Source of the DNA: Takakia lepidozioides
Lineage: Eukaryota > Plantae > Bryophyta
Assembly (NCBI GenBank): GCA_030704615.1
Contig: CM060731.1
Span: forward strand, 94,736,001 to 94,800,000
Length of the DNA: 64,000 nt
Reading direction: 5' to 3'
A program made the position numbers and the translations under genes. This document shows, one piece after another, positions 1 to 10,873 of this stretch (its first letter is position 1; every line of letters starts with the position of its first letter). The notes below the pieces were generated by a model, which did no database searches, was not told the DNA's origin, and saw only the letters and a program-made list of their open reading frames with translations.

Positions 1-1229
1 GCAGGATGAAATAACGTTTTTACGTTACAGGTGGATGATGGGCTGGAAGGATGTTGGGGAGTGAACATGGGGATGAAAAAACGATTTTTCATTAGCAGGT
101 GGGATAAAAAAAAGGAATTTTCATCAAACAGTTGGCATGGATAAAAAGGAGGAGCAGTGAAGACAAAATACAGTAGGCTACTTATTAAGTGATAAATTAC
201 CAATCAGTAATGAAGTGATGGGGCTGGGTCCACGTATCTTAGTATGTATTTTTGGACTATGAGTCAAAGATAGTCACATGGCGCAGAGGGGGATAACACC
301 CGGCGGCCATTGGAATTCTAGAAATCTTTGTCTCTTATATTTCATATCATAGTTAGCCATGCAGCCAGGTTCACGTGAAAGTGACGGCGAGCATTAAATA
401 ACTTAGGAGCCGACTTTACCTATATAAGCAAGGATGCAGACCAAGCTCTCTCTCAGTTTTCAGATTGTACGCGTTCACCTTCTTTGGAGTAAAGCAAGTC
501 GATTATGATCATTCAGCCGAGAGCACTAGGATTAGCCTGAAGTAAAGTAGAATGCTTCAACTAACACGTAGATGGTGTGTCAAGATTAGCTAGAGCATTT
601 GGCAAACACTAACTATTATGCATTGAGTCATCTGATTTATGTTGTCATAGCAGAGGTTGCAGGCATTGCTAGTAAGGCAAATATTATCAAATTGCAGTAG
701 AATCAGCATGTCGTAGAGCAGTTCTTCAATCTCTTCACTGCAAAGCCAAGATGAGATGCATACATCAATACTCTAGCAAGTCATGAACACCGAAAGGTTA
801 GAAGTAGGCATCACGTCGGGCAGATCTGCACTCAGTGAATGGTGTACCTGCAGGTCCACAAGCGAATGAAATAGACAGATCGAGGGCATATAGTTCCAGG
901 GATGATGATGAAAGAAGATGGGCAATGTGTATTAGTAAATCAACATAACAGGTCTCCATTTGCACTAGGCTTTCTCTTCCGCTGCAGTCTGGGATAGATG
1001 GAGGTTAGCTATTTCATAAGCATGAGCGGCATGAGCGGAGTAGCAAGACAATCGGTTTTCATGAGCAGAAGTACAAATTCAGGAAATAAAAAACATAAAA
1101 AACATTATTTTAATGGAATGTATAAGAAAAAACCAATATAATATTCATCGTTTGAAGTAAAAATTGTAGTTTTGAGAGCCGCGCTCATGATATTTTGTCT
1201 TCCGCTCATGCGAATTCCGAGCAATATCT

Positions 1230-1552
1230 GCAAAAATGGCGCCGAATTTCGCGGTAATAGATTCCGCAACCGGAGAAATCTGCGACGTATTTCGCGGTAA
1301 TAGATGTTTCCGGCAAAAAATGGTGCTGAATTTCGCGGCTATAGGTCCCAACATGGCAGGTGTGTAAGCCCAAAATTTGGAAATGTGGCGCCGAATTTCG
1401 GTACATGGTGCCAGGGATTGCACAGATGTTGGGTAGTTCTGGGCCATGTAACTGGAAATTCGGTGCCATTTTTCCAGACATCGTTCCCGTGCATGTTGGG
1501 ACTTAGCCAGTTTTCGGCCCAAAATAGGGAAATTCGGCGCCATTTTTCCAGA
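1230..1552. repeat. Subterminal cluster of imperfect palindromes (AAAATGGCGCCGAATTTC type)
   Basis: Several copies in both orientations, e.g. aaaatggcgccgaatttcgc, gaaatgtggcgccgaatttcgg, ggaaattcggcgccatttttcc. Variant of the palindrome in the 9.9 kb and 15.5 kb arrays. Confidence 0.75.
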
Positions 1553-1706
1553 AATGGCCCCACAACTGCTACTGTTGGAGCTCATTTTTCTGGAATATTG
1601 TCTGTCTCATTCCAGGAGTTTTGGGCATTTCATTACACTGCAAAACAAAGTCTAATGCATCAAAATGCAATTGAAAAAATCCATATGGTGGATTCCCTTT
1701 GCCCCA

Positions 1707-3835
1707 TCAATGATTTCTGGAATCCCGACGGAGGAGTTTGTGCAGCTCGTTCACGCTCAACGCTGGTGCATGAATAAAGTCATCAATAGTCAAGTTCATC
1801 CTCAACCTCTTCAGGTAAATGTAATACAGATGATTGCACGGATAATACTTTGAACCCTTCTTTGCTTCCATCAACGAGAAGTCCGACAATTGCAAGTCGG
1901 CTCCACTCCAATCGTAATTGTGTATATGTCATCGCGTACAGCTGAGCCGGCCGTTGCCATCCGATAAATACGCCCAAGGCCGGGTGGGGGTACGTCCAGG
2001 GTGTCGTCTCTTCACTCTTCCGAATCGCATTGTGGGATGTGCAGAATTGTCCAATCCGCCTCTACTGGACCGAGCAGTCTGCAATGGTTGGGTTTGAGGA
2101 ACTGGAAATACGTGGGCCGGGACGTCGATGCATTGCACCATTCAAAATCCTGCTGCAGAAAGAGCATCCGCCTCATTCTGAGAGAGGTTGCAACCCGGTG
2201 CAACAGGCCAGACGCCCGGAGGCTCCGGCATTCCCTGAATCCCGTACTTGGGCTTGCCAAATACACAGGTCATTATGTCGTGCCTACAAAACCAAAACGT
2301 CTGCGTTGTGGCGTGAGCAAATGTGGGAGTAAAAAATCTGCCGCTGAAATAAGGTGCAGGTACAGCACCGTGTGGGTTCCTCCGAATCATCTCACCACAG
2401 CGTGCTCTCGTATCCACCCGGATGGCGCAGCACTTCCCTCGAAATGCCGGCAATGTCCTTGCAATTCTCCATTGTGACTCCGACACTCTTGTCTCCACAA
2501 TGGGTATGTTGTACTGCGTTACTACAGATGCTCGTTATGTTCCTCGGGCACGTGCCCTGTGCTCAAAGGAGATGGCGATCTTGAACGTGCAGGACTTGCG
2601 GTGCTCGACGAGACCTCCTCGGGCAACATCATGGGACCACGAGGGAGCGTGCGAATATTCTTGTCAGCTCGCCATGAATCCTCTTCTCCGCTAGGTGCCT
2701 CGTCAAGTCTTCGTCTCACTAGACGGGTGTGAACATCTCCTTCCAAGTGTTCGCCTCTTCGAAGCAATGGCGTGTCCCGAAGACCCTCTCGCAAAGCTGC
2801 CGCCCACTTCCGAGGATTCTTCGATCTGGAGGCAGACCGCATCAGCATTTCCTGCCTGTCCGGCCCTAAGCCCCACTGTTTTCCTAAGCCCCACTGTTTT
2901 CCTTTCAAGAACTCGTTGTACCTGCATTGCTGCATAATTGACCTCACAATGTCCTCCGTTGTGGCAGTGAGGATGTCCACCAGATGCGCCGCAGAGGAGG
3001 CACGCCAGGAAGAATGTACTGATTCAGCCATGTTTGTTGTCGGCATGTCGGTGTCGGAGTCGAGACATTTCCTGCACATGCACATGTTCAGGTTACAAGC
3101 AAGTTACAAATAATGAGTAGCATAATATTCAACGGGACGCGAATTCGTCCAACTCACCTCCTGCATATAGTCGCCGAACTGGAGGAAACGATAATGCCAC
3201 CATGCTAGCCAACTGACCATTGCTCCCTCGTCTGATTTCTTTACAGCACATGACGTTGTCCACCAAGCCCGTATACATATAAACTGTGTCTCTGCATCAT
3301 CCAAGGTGGGAGCACGCTTCCACGCAAGACACATGGAACGGTGCTCCTCTCTGAAATCTGGCACCACGAGCCTGGTTGTGTACTGCGACAAGCTCTGCAG
3401 AAAATGGAACCCAAGATCTCTCCTTGCCTTTCTTGGAACATTGGGGTCTTCCCCGTACACCCTTCGGATGGCAGCCCAATTTGCTTGTGCGTTGTCCGCC
3501 ACGAAACCTCGGAAATTGGGAGGGGGCAATCCTGCCCTGGCCATCTGTTCGTTTATTCCCTGCCAAAAAAGCATCTCCAATTGTGTGTCCTCTCCTTTCA
3601 TCTCACAAATAGCAATTGTCATTAGCATCCTGCAGTGGGTGTCGTAGACATGTGCACCCATTGTCACCCACTGGTGATTTGTAATTCGCTTGATATGGTC
3701 GAACATGACCCAACTGTTTGACAAGTCCCCACTTGTCATCCGGTGGACCAGTTCGACGCCGCTGCCAGGCCCACACGTGGACATTTTGAATACAAAACAA
3801 CGATCTGCCTCAGTCCCTTGTCCTGGAAACCTACT
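1707..3835 (-). pseudogene. Mutator/MULE DDE transposase with C-terminal SWIM finger (5'-truncated, frameshifted)
   Basis: VMFDHIKR (D1), FVADNAQAN (D2), degenerate CxxH (LGFH), and TTNMAESVH (E) after an intron at about 3073-3158. SWIM-like PTCNC..DF...PCNHLYYI at about 1820-1900. Highly similar to 18233-19490. Confidence 0.85.
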
Positions 3836-3899
3836 TCCATGACGACACAAGGTGAATCATTCGGAAAAATACTATTATCCACTGCAACTGGAGTTTGCA

Positions 3900-5273
3900 T
3901 CCGATTCTGAAGCACTACTATCTATATAGACCCTAGCCTTGCTGTGCACACCAGCCCGACGGTCGCAAAGCAGAGGGGAGGGGAGATGCTTGCAGACTAA
4001 ACTCTTTGGCTGCAGCCTCCGCATAGCATGGCAACTTTAGGACGGTTGGTGGACTGGGGAAGAAGTCCGGGTTGGCAAAGAAAGGGAGACTCCTGGGCAT
4101 CTTAGGTCTCCTGCAAAAACAGCATAAAGTTGCAAGTCAAATAAGCACTTGGACAGCACTGTCGAGGGCAGACTCATGAATAAAAAAAAAAGACAGAAGG
4201 ATGCCAGATAGTATATGGTGTAGACTTACTCACAGTCAAAATCGTCGTCAATCTCCATGTCCTCGTAATCCAACACTACTGCCACAACCGCCTCCTTATC
4301 TGTTTGTGTGCCAGAAGATGAGCCCTCATGAAGAGGAGCTATTACCTCCTTGTAAAGCTCCGCATCGGCCTCAAAGGCGAACACATGCCTTCCTGCTGCC
4401 TTGTACGCATGGAATGAGGCCCCTGCATGGAAAGAATGCACGATGAGTGAAGACAACCACGTACCGAGACACAGATGCAATTCAAAGTTGGGTAATGCAA
4501 AACTGACAGATAGAAAAAAAACAAGCACTTGTTCCAAGAGTGTCAGGGGCAAGTTGTTCATTCCAAGACTTAACGACCTTCATTCCCCCGGACTTGAGGA
4601 AGCTGGCTGCAAGCTGTCGCTTGCACCTAGCATTGGCTGCTTGGAAAGTAAAGTATGACGCCTCCCAAAGGGAGCGTAACTTATGGTGTCTCTTCACCAC
4701 AAGGGCTATTGCCTTCCAGCTGAAAGGTGGACACCTTCATGACACACCAGACCGTGGTTTGAACCCACAACCACATCCAACGTGGTATGTGCCAATTACC
4801 ACTGGGCTACATGCTGGTTATCTTGGCTGCTTAGAGGATGAGCAATGCTCCATTGTCAGCCAAGAAGTTCCCACAGAACCTGAACACCGGCCAGGCCCGT
4901 AACGCTCGTCCCAGGCATTCCATGCGGGGCTCCCACTCTCCGCAGGAACATCCGGGACTGCCAGCCCATCGGGAATGTCGAAAACCACAAGCTCGCAGGC
5001 AAACGCTTTCTTCTCACCGGTCACCCAGGATGGCCCTTTTGCAGTCTACACATCGAACAATGAAATCATTCCCACTGAGAAGACTTGCAGACAGGAAAGA
5101 GAAATGATTGAAAACAAAGACGGTGGTAGCCTGAAATGAAATACCAAAGTGAGGAATGATGACAATGTCTCCCAGGTAGGGGACTTCGCCACACCAGCTC
5201 CTTTCTTTCGAGATGCCATCATGTCCAGGAAGCCCTTGTTGACAGTTTTGTGTGGAAACTGAGGACCAACCAC
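3900..5273 (-). pseudogene. C-terminal part of ParB-MTase cargo gene: beta-class amino-DNA-methyltransferase-like domain
   Basis: CELVVFDIPDG (4965-4979; DPPY-like motif IV), then FLADNGALL (motif V/VI-like), then exon GASFHAYKAAGRHVFAFEADAELY (SAM-binding region after motif I), an acidic tail, and last exon PFFANPDF..LPCYA matching PFFARADF..LPSYA at about 11.25 kb. Confidence 0.65.
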
Positions 5274-5299
5274 TCTGTCGGGGTGAGGGAGTCTCCGTA

Positions 5300-5522
5300 A
5301 CTCATTTCATCCATATAACTCTTTTAATCCGCATTTACAACTCCATTCCTTCATTTTCTATGGGTCGATAATACATCCAGTCTTTAACCATCCACTCATC
5401 CATTGTTCATGCATCGCTATGCATATGTCCATCCAACAGTCATCTTGCATTCATCCATTCTTCAATTATTCATCCACCATTCATCCAATATTCATCCAAC
5501 ATTCATCCAACAGTCATCCAAA
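5300..5522 (+). repeat. Degenerate TCATCC(A) short-motif repeat cluster (subterminal)
   Basis: ttcatccacca ttcatccaata ttcatccaaca ttcatccaaca gtcatccaaat. Complementary GGATGA-rich sequence also at 1-145. Confidence 0.6.
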
Positions 5523-5769
5523 TACACACAATATGTATTCTAGAAAATTCTGCACCACTTGTTTGTATGCACTCATTCCTGCGGACATAGGTCTCCCGAG
5601 GCTTCCACATCCGCGGTTGTAGGCCCATGCACCCTATTGCGTGAGAATCTTTCCGCTCACGGATTGGCATCTTCTCGCTCATGTGAGCCGCTCACGGACT
5701 AGCACTCCCCTTCCTTGAACCCTTGTTACGTTGGCTGGCCCGTGGTAACCTTGGATACAAATACAAAAC

Positions 5770-7432
5770 ATCCTCCAGTGAAATTTCCGTAGCAGCTTAC
5801 GCTGACGACCTTGCCATTCTTGCACGTGCAAACCCCAACATCTCAACCGATAGGTGGACAAACTATCCCGCTTCAATCAGTGGTCTGGTATGGAGCTAAG
5901 CCTTCACAAATGCGCAATCACTGCAACCACATACCATAGTAAATTCACAGAATCCACGATAGCCTCCCACTATAAGCTCCATATACACTATCAACAAAAA
6001 CCCTTCCCCTTTTTAGGCCCGGACGAACCCTACACTTATCTGGGCATACAACTGGTTCCGGGCCCCACATTATCAATCACCCCTAACCCCCCACCAACCC
6101 CTGACCAACCGAAGCTTTTATTAAAAAGCTATCCTCACAAAACCCAAACTCACTCGACTCATTCGGTGCCATGTGGATACTACTATCTCAGCTCAATACC
6201 TGGTCTAACCATGACTGTGACCAGAGCCCATAACCGTTCCTACTATAGAAGACACAAAATAACAAACACCTCTTTTCTAGCACACACCACAACCAACTCA
6301 TGTCTCCCAAACCCAGCCAATAGACGCTCGATACATTTGTTACCCCCTCGTCGCCCCTAATTTTCATATACAAATCTCTGAATGCAACCCCGACAAAGAT
6401 ATTGACCAAATCTCCCCCATCATATGCCCCAGTCGCATAGCATCCAACATCTACACATTTAACAGCCACTTCATCGGCTCTATCCCTCATGTCAAGCTCG
6501 CCTGGCTCTGGAACAGATATACCGCCTCGACCGCCACCACTACCCAGTTACAACCCCCAAAGCAAGACTTCGCAACTAAAGTCTGTTGGCTTCTAGACAT
6601 ATACCTACGTGACACCCCCACCAAAAAACCCCGCACCCTCAACAAACTAGCTCAAACCTACATCCATAGCACCATCCCTCCGGACATGCTCAAATTTCTC
6701 ATCACCTCATTCCAACTTACCCACTCATATTACTCAAGTCCACTCACTTGTCCCCTTGAGCTCTCCTCCTATGACAGCCCACACCCTCGGGATTGTGTAT
6801 TCGGTGCCCTCAGCTCCACCACTCAACATACATGGTCAGGTGGTGGCCTCGCACATCCACCACCTGGGTCCCTTACACATGAGGCTCTCCAATGGGCGCG
6901 CTTTGCCGCTCATTCCTCCCCCGCTGCCACCACTATCCTCATTCTCAACAAGCAACGACCACCTGACCACCAACACCCCCTTCTACAACTCCCCCCAGAG
7001 GTCACACCATTAGCCGCCATAGAACCCAACCATCTCCGCTATACGCACAACTTGCCCTTTCCTACATACCTCCGCCATAAGGAATCTACTCTAACCCTAC
7101 TTCTGCTTGTCCAAGCTACTCCCCGCACCCCCATACCCCCAGACTTTTTCACCCGCCTCACTCATCTCTTGTCCGATACCCGTGGCATGTTACTTACCAC
7201 CTACCCGTCCCCACCATCACATAGCCTCCCGCCAGACCACCCCCTAGACCACAACCTAACAAAAACTGGGCCAATACCCCCCCCGCCCCGTTACCCTCCA
7301 TAACACCGCCTCCCATGACGCCCCGCCGGTTCAGCTGGGGCTTACCTCCCCCAAATACCCCCCACTCCATTCACACTACACAGACGGCTCCCACTCTGAC
7401 TCCCATGCTGGATACGGCGTATACCATGCTGC
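5770..7432 (+). mobile_element. Non-LTR retrotransposon (LINE) fragment: RT - PCIF1-like domain - start of RNase H
   Basis: AAYADDLAIL at about 5792-5820 and YTYLGI (RT). YTDGSHSDSHAGYG at about 7375-7425 (RNase H), cut off by the MULE terminus at 7434. Multiple frameshifts. Confidence 0.85.
6686..6960 (+). pseudogene. PCIF1/CAPAM-like adenine methyltransferase domain within LINE ORF
   Basis: YSSPLTC...YDSPHPRDCVFGA...SGGGLAHPP parallels PCIF1 FASPLNC...YCSAFPDTDGYFGS...SGSFEANPPF in motif order and spacing. Confidence 0.65.
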
Positions 7433-7909
7433 GGGGGCTGCTATTTCATGAGCCATGAGCCATGAGCGCATGAGCCATTAGCGGCATGACCATGAGCATA
7501 GTCCGTAAGTGTCAAAAAAACATGAGCAGTACTATTTTCCGGAAATGAGTGTCCGCGGGAATAGGGTTTAGGGTGTCACGGTCATAGGGGGAGAAGGAGC
7601 TCACGATGAAGGAGGTTCGGCAATGTTTTTTAGAATTACATATTGAAAGGCAATTTTTCGCGAATGGTAGGGTGGTACTGCTCTGTACAATGGGGGCCCA
7701 TTTCAGCCTACCAGCCACTTGCAAAATCCACCCACACTCCCAATCCCAAACGAAATGAGGAATGATGCATTATGGGAACGATGGATACATAATAGAACAA
7801 AAAGACGGCACTATGGGGTTTTTATTGATCCACATGAATTGCATTTGAAGCACGTCTACTGTGCTGATTGTGCAAACAAATCTTTAGCCATGTGCCTTCT
7901 GAATGCAAG

Positions 7910-8643
7910 TCACGTTGTCAATGGGACTTCGACTGCTCTGAAAACTAGCTCATGAGTCATCGGGCTCCTCCAAGTAAACTAGATTACAGCCGTTGTACCG
8001 CCCCTGTTGATGTTCACCACAATGTTGTGCCCTTCAATCATACCACCATTGAATATGGAAAGCTTCACGTTTTCGTCATCCACACCAATGCAAATGTCCC
8101 CATACAATGGAGAAGAGGAGCGCACTCCTTCAGGAGAATACGTCTCTCCGATGGAAGCCACCCACGTCCACTGGCAGCAGTTCCATTGCAACAGCATAGC
8201 AGTGCGCATTCTTCTGCATGGGTGCCCGTTGTAGCTGGGAAAATCGGAATCAAGGATGCGCAGGAGCCACGGACTCCTCAGACCAAGATCGTCACCCCGC
8301 TTGAAAGCGTAGTGGCCTGGGATATACTCAAAAGCGGACAATGTTTCCACATTCGAACCAGTATCTTCTGTGTAAACTGTGTACCAGATAACGATGTCTC
8401 CCGATGTGGCCGAATACATTGCATAATCGAAGCCTCCATAAGGGCAGTCGTCCCGGTTCCGGAAGCACGGCATCCTTGCAAAGGAGGACCTGAGGATGTC
8501 TTTGATGCCGATGACAATGACCTTGCGGACAACAACGAAGCCCTTAGATTTTTGAAATGATGAGAAGCGGAAGAGCAGTGCGGGCTCCAATAATGGAGCA
8601 TCTGGGTCCCACGTACCCACCAATCATCGTGTAACGTGTTCAT
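7910..8643 (-). pseudogene. Unknown cargo protein, paralogue A (one internal stop, 5' frameshift)
   Basis: CPYGGFDYAMY..SGDIVIW..WNCCQWT..YGDI..GGMIEGHNIVV..FRAVEVP is colinear with the ORF on the opposite strand at 8812-9582. Confidence 0.7.
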
Positions 8644-8709
8644 CACGCCAGCGGTGGATGAACCGATACCTCTTTTTCATCCACGGGGTATAATTTGAAA
8701 TCTGCCACC

Positions 8710-8760
8710 GAAGTCCATCCCCCGGATGGAAATTCGGACATCGAAGGGGGGATGGACTTC
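8710..8760. promoter_or_regulatory. 14-bp inverted repeat in the shared upstream region of the divergent paralogues
   Basis: GAAGTCCATCCCCC (8710-8723) and GGGGGATGGACTTC (8747-8760) form a perfect stem with a 23-nt loop. Confidence 0.5.
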
Positions 8761-8811
8761 ATCGTCTCGAGTGGCTATAGGCCCACCTGACACTTACTGC
8801 CCATAGTTTGC

Positions 8812-9582
8812 ATGGCAGGGAAGGAAACTGAAATGGCTACATTCATGGAGCAGCCAATCTTCATCCGTGCAGGTTCCTGTAGGGGGGAAATTTAAATGTG
8901 CCCTGGAGTGTTTGTGAGGAATTGCAGCGTTTGCTTGAACTTCTTCCAGCCACCGCGCTGCTGCCTCCTCCATCCGGGAGCTGCTGTCATTGAGCGTACT
9001 CCGCTACTCTTTTTCAAGGATGCCGCTCACTGCCCTTATCATGGCCACGATTATGCTATGTTCAAACCAGAATCAGGAGACATCATTGTCTGGCTCTCTG
9101 TTTTCACAGACGCTTCTAGAATCAAGCGGGAGTCTTTGCGCGCAATGGAGTATTTGGAGGGCTATTACCGCTTTGAGTGAGGTGAGGGCGAGGGCCAATG
9201 CGGTCCGTGGGTCCTGAAAATTGTTGACCTCGATATACCAAGGCGGAATGGGATGCCGGACAGATCACGCACGGCCTCGTTTTGGCGCTGGAACTGCTGC
9301 CAGTGGACCAGCAAGGACGGCACCGGGGAAAACTATATTCGTGGAGTTCACTCCGCTCTTCCAGTGTATGGAGACATTCGGCTGAGTTGCGAAGACGAAT
9401 TGCACGGGCACATGAGGCCCACAGTGACCTTGTCAATGTATGATGGTGGTATGATTGATGGGCATGACATTGTCGTCAGCTCCACCAAGGGCACCAGAAT
9501 GACCGCATTGCAGTTTACCTCGAGGTGCCGCATCAGTAATGAGATTGTTTTGAGGGCTATCGAAGTTCCGTCGACTTGGTGA
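8812..9582 (+). pseudogene. Unknown cargo protein, paralogue B (one internal stop at 9178-9180)
   Basis: CPYHGHDYAMF..SGDIIVW..WNCCQWT..YGDI..GGMIDGHDIVV..LRAIEVP. ORFs 8896-9180 and 9253-9582 are in the same frame. Confidence 0.7.
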
Positions 9583-9869
9583 CGCCCATGTAGAAGGAGG
9601 AAGGGCTTAGATTTGTCTGGAGTTGCTAAATGTGAGACACCGTGTTCGATCAATAAAACAACCCATCGTACCTCACTTCTGTATGCTTGTGTTTCATTGT
9701 GTTCAAGAACTGCCGTAATTGGCCCACTGTTTACAATTTAAGGTCTCATTTCTACAATGTGTCTGTCCATATGAATATACCAGAGTCAGCGATATCAGAG
9801 TCCTGAGGTGAAGGAAATCCATGTATGAGTAAAAGGAAACATGTACATGCCGAAGCTCGGAAATCGACA

Positions 9870-10740
9870 ATGGAATGCGGCACCGCATTTCCGGAGAGCA
9901 CAATAGAATGCGGTGCTGCATTCCCGTCGAAGGGTCTGGAATTGGACAAACAGCGATGTCCGTTCTGAAAATGCGGCACCGCATTTCCATGTCCGTCATC
10001 AAAATTTCGTATTGGACAATGGAATGCGGTGCCGCATTTCCGTCCAAGGGTCTGGAATTGGACAAACAACGATGTCCGTTCTGGAAATGCCGCACCGCAT
10101 CTCCATGTCCGTCATCAAAATTTCGTATTGGACAATGGAATGCGGAGCCGCATTTCCGTCCAACAAGACGGAATGCCCACACGGGTCTGGAATTGGACAA
10201 ACAATGATGTCTGTTTTGGAAATGCGGCGCCGCATTTCCATGTTTGGCAATCGAAAGTTCTTATTGGACAATGTAATGCGGTGCCGCATTTCCGTCAAAG
10301 GGTCTGGAATTGGACAAACAACGATGTCCGTTCTGGAAATGCGGCGCCGCATTTCCATGTACGTAATCGAAATTTGTTATTGGACAATGGAATGCGGTGC
10401 CGCATTCCCGTCTAGCATCATGAAATGCAGAGCCGCATTTCCGTCGATGGGTCTACAGTTGGAAAAACGTCCATCTCCAAAATGGAAATGCGGCACCGCA
10501 TTTCCATGTCCGCCATTTAGATAACGTGTTCGACCTGCGGGGTGGCATTTCCATTTACCTCCATGGAAGGAGCTGGCAATCGGCAAAATTGCCGTGTCGA
10601 ACAGTTTCTGATGTCCAAACCATGAAACGGAAAATTGTTCTTGCCCCGGTTTTGGAAATGCGGTGCCGCATTTCCAAAGGAGGTTTTTGTAGTTGCCACA
10701 TTTCCATTCCTACATGGAAATGCGGTGCCGCATTTCCGAT
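9870..10740. repeat. Palindrome array 1 (GGAAATGCGGYRCCGCATTTCC) with a higher-order unit of about 116 bp
   Basis: About 15 palindromes. Alternating spacers gtccaagggtctggaattggacaaacaacgatgtccgttct and atgtccgtcatcaaaatttcgtattggacaat. Confidence 0.9.
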
Positions 10741-10873
10741 TTTGGGAGGGACGTGGTTTGGACGATGGTGTCGTTGAGAAGCACATGGGAGAGGGGACAT
10801 GAAGGATGGGGAGAATTTCCTTTATATACTCTGGAAGAGAATTTAAATGTACAGAGAGTTCATTAAAATTCTA

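Larger units (their letters stand above)
1002..5709. mobile_element. MULE-like element copy 1 (rearranged, internally deleted)
   Basis: Left end AGGTTAGCTATTTCATAAGCATGAGCGG (1002) and right end in reverse complement GGGAGTGCTAGTCCGTGAGCGG (5709) resemble the terminus at 7434. Subterminal CATGAGC repeats. Contains transposase and MTase remnants. No TSD seen. Confidence 0.55.

Noticed and set aside
690-860. Possible further MULE fragment (DLPDVMPTSNLS on the minus strand)
   Set aside because: A single short motif with no flanking support.
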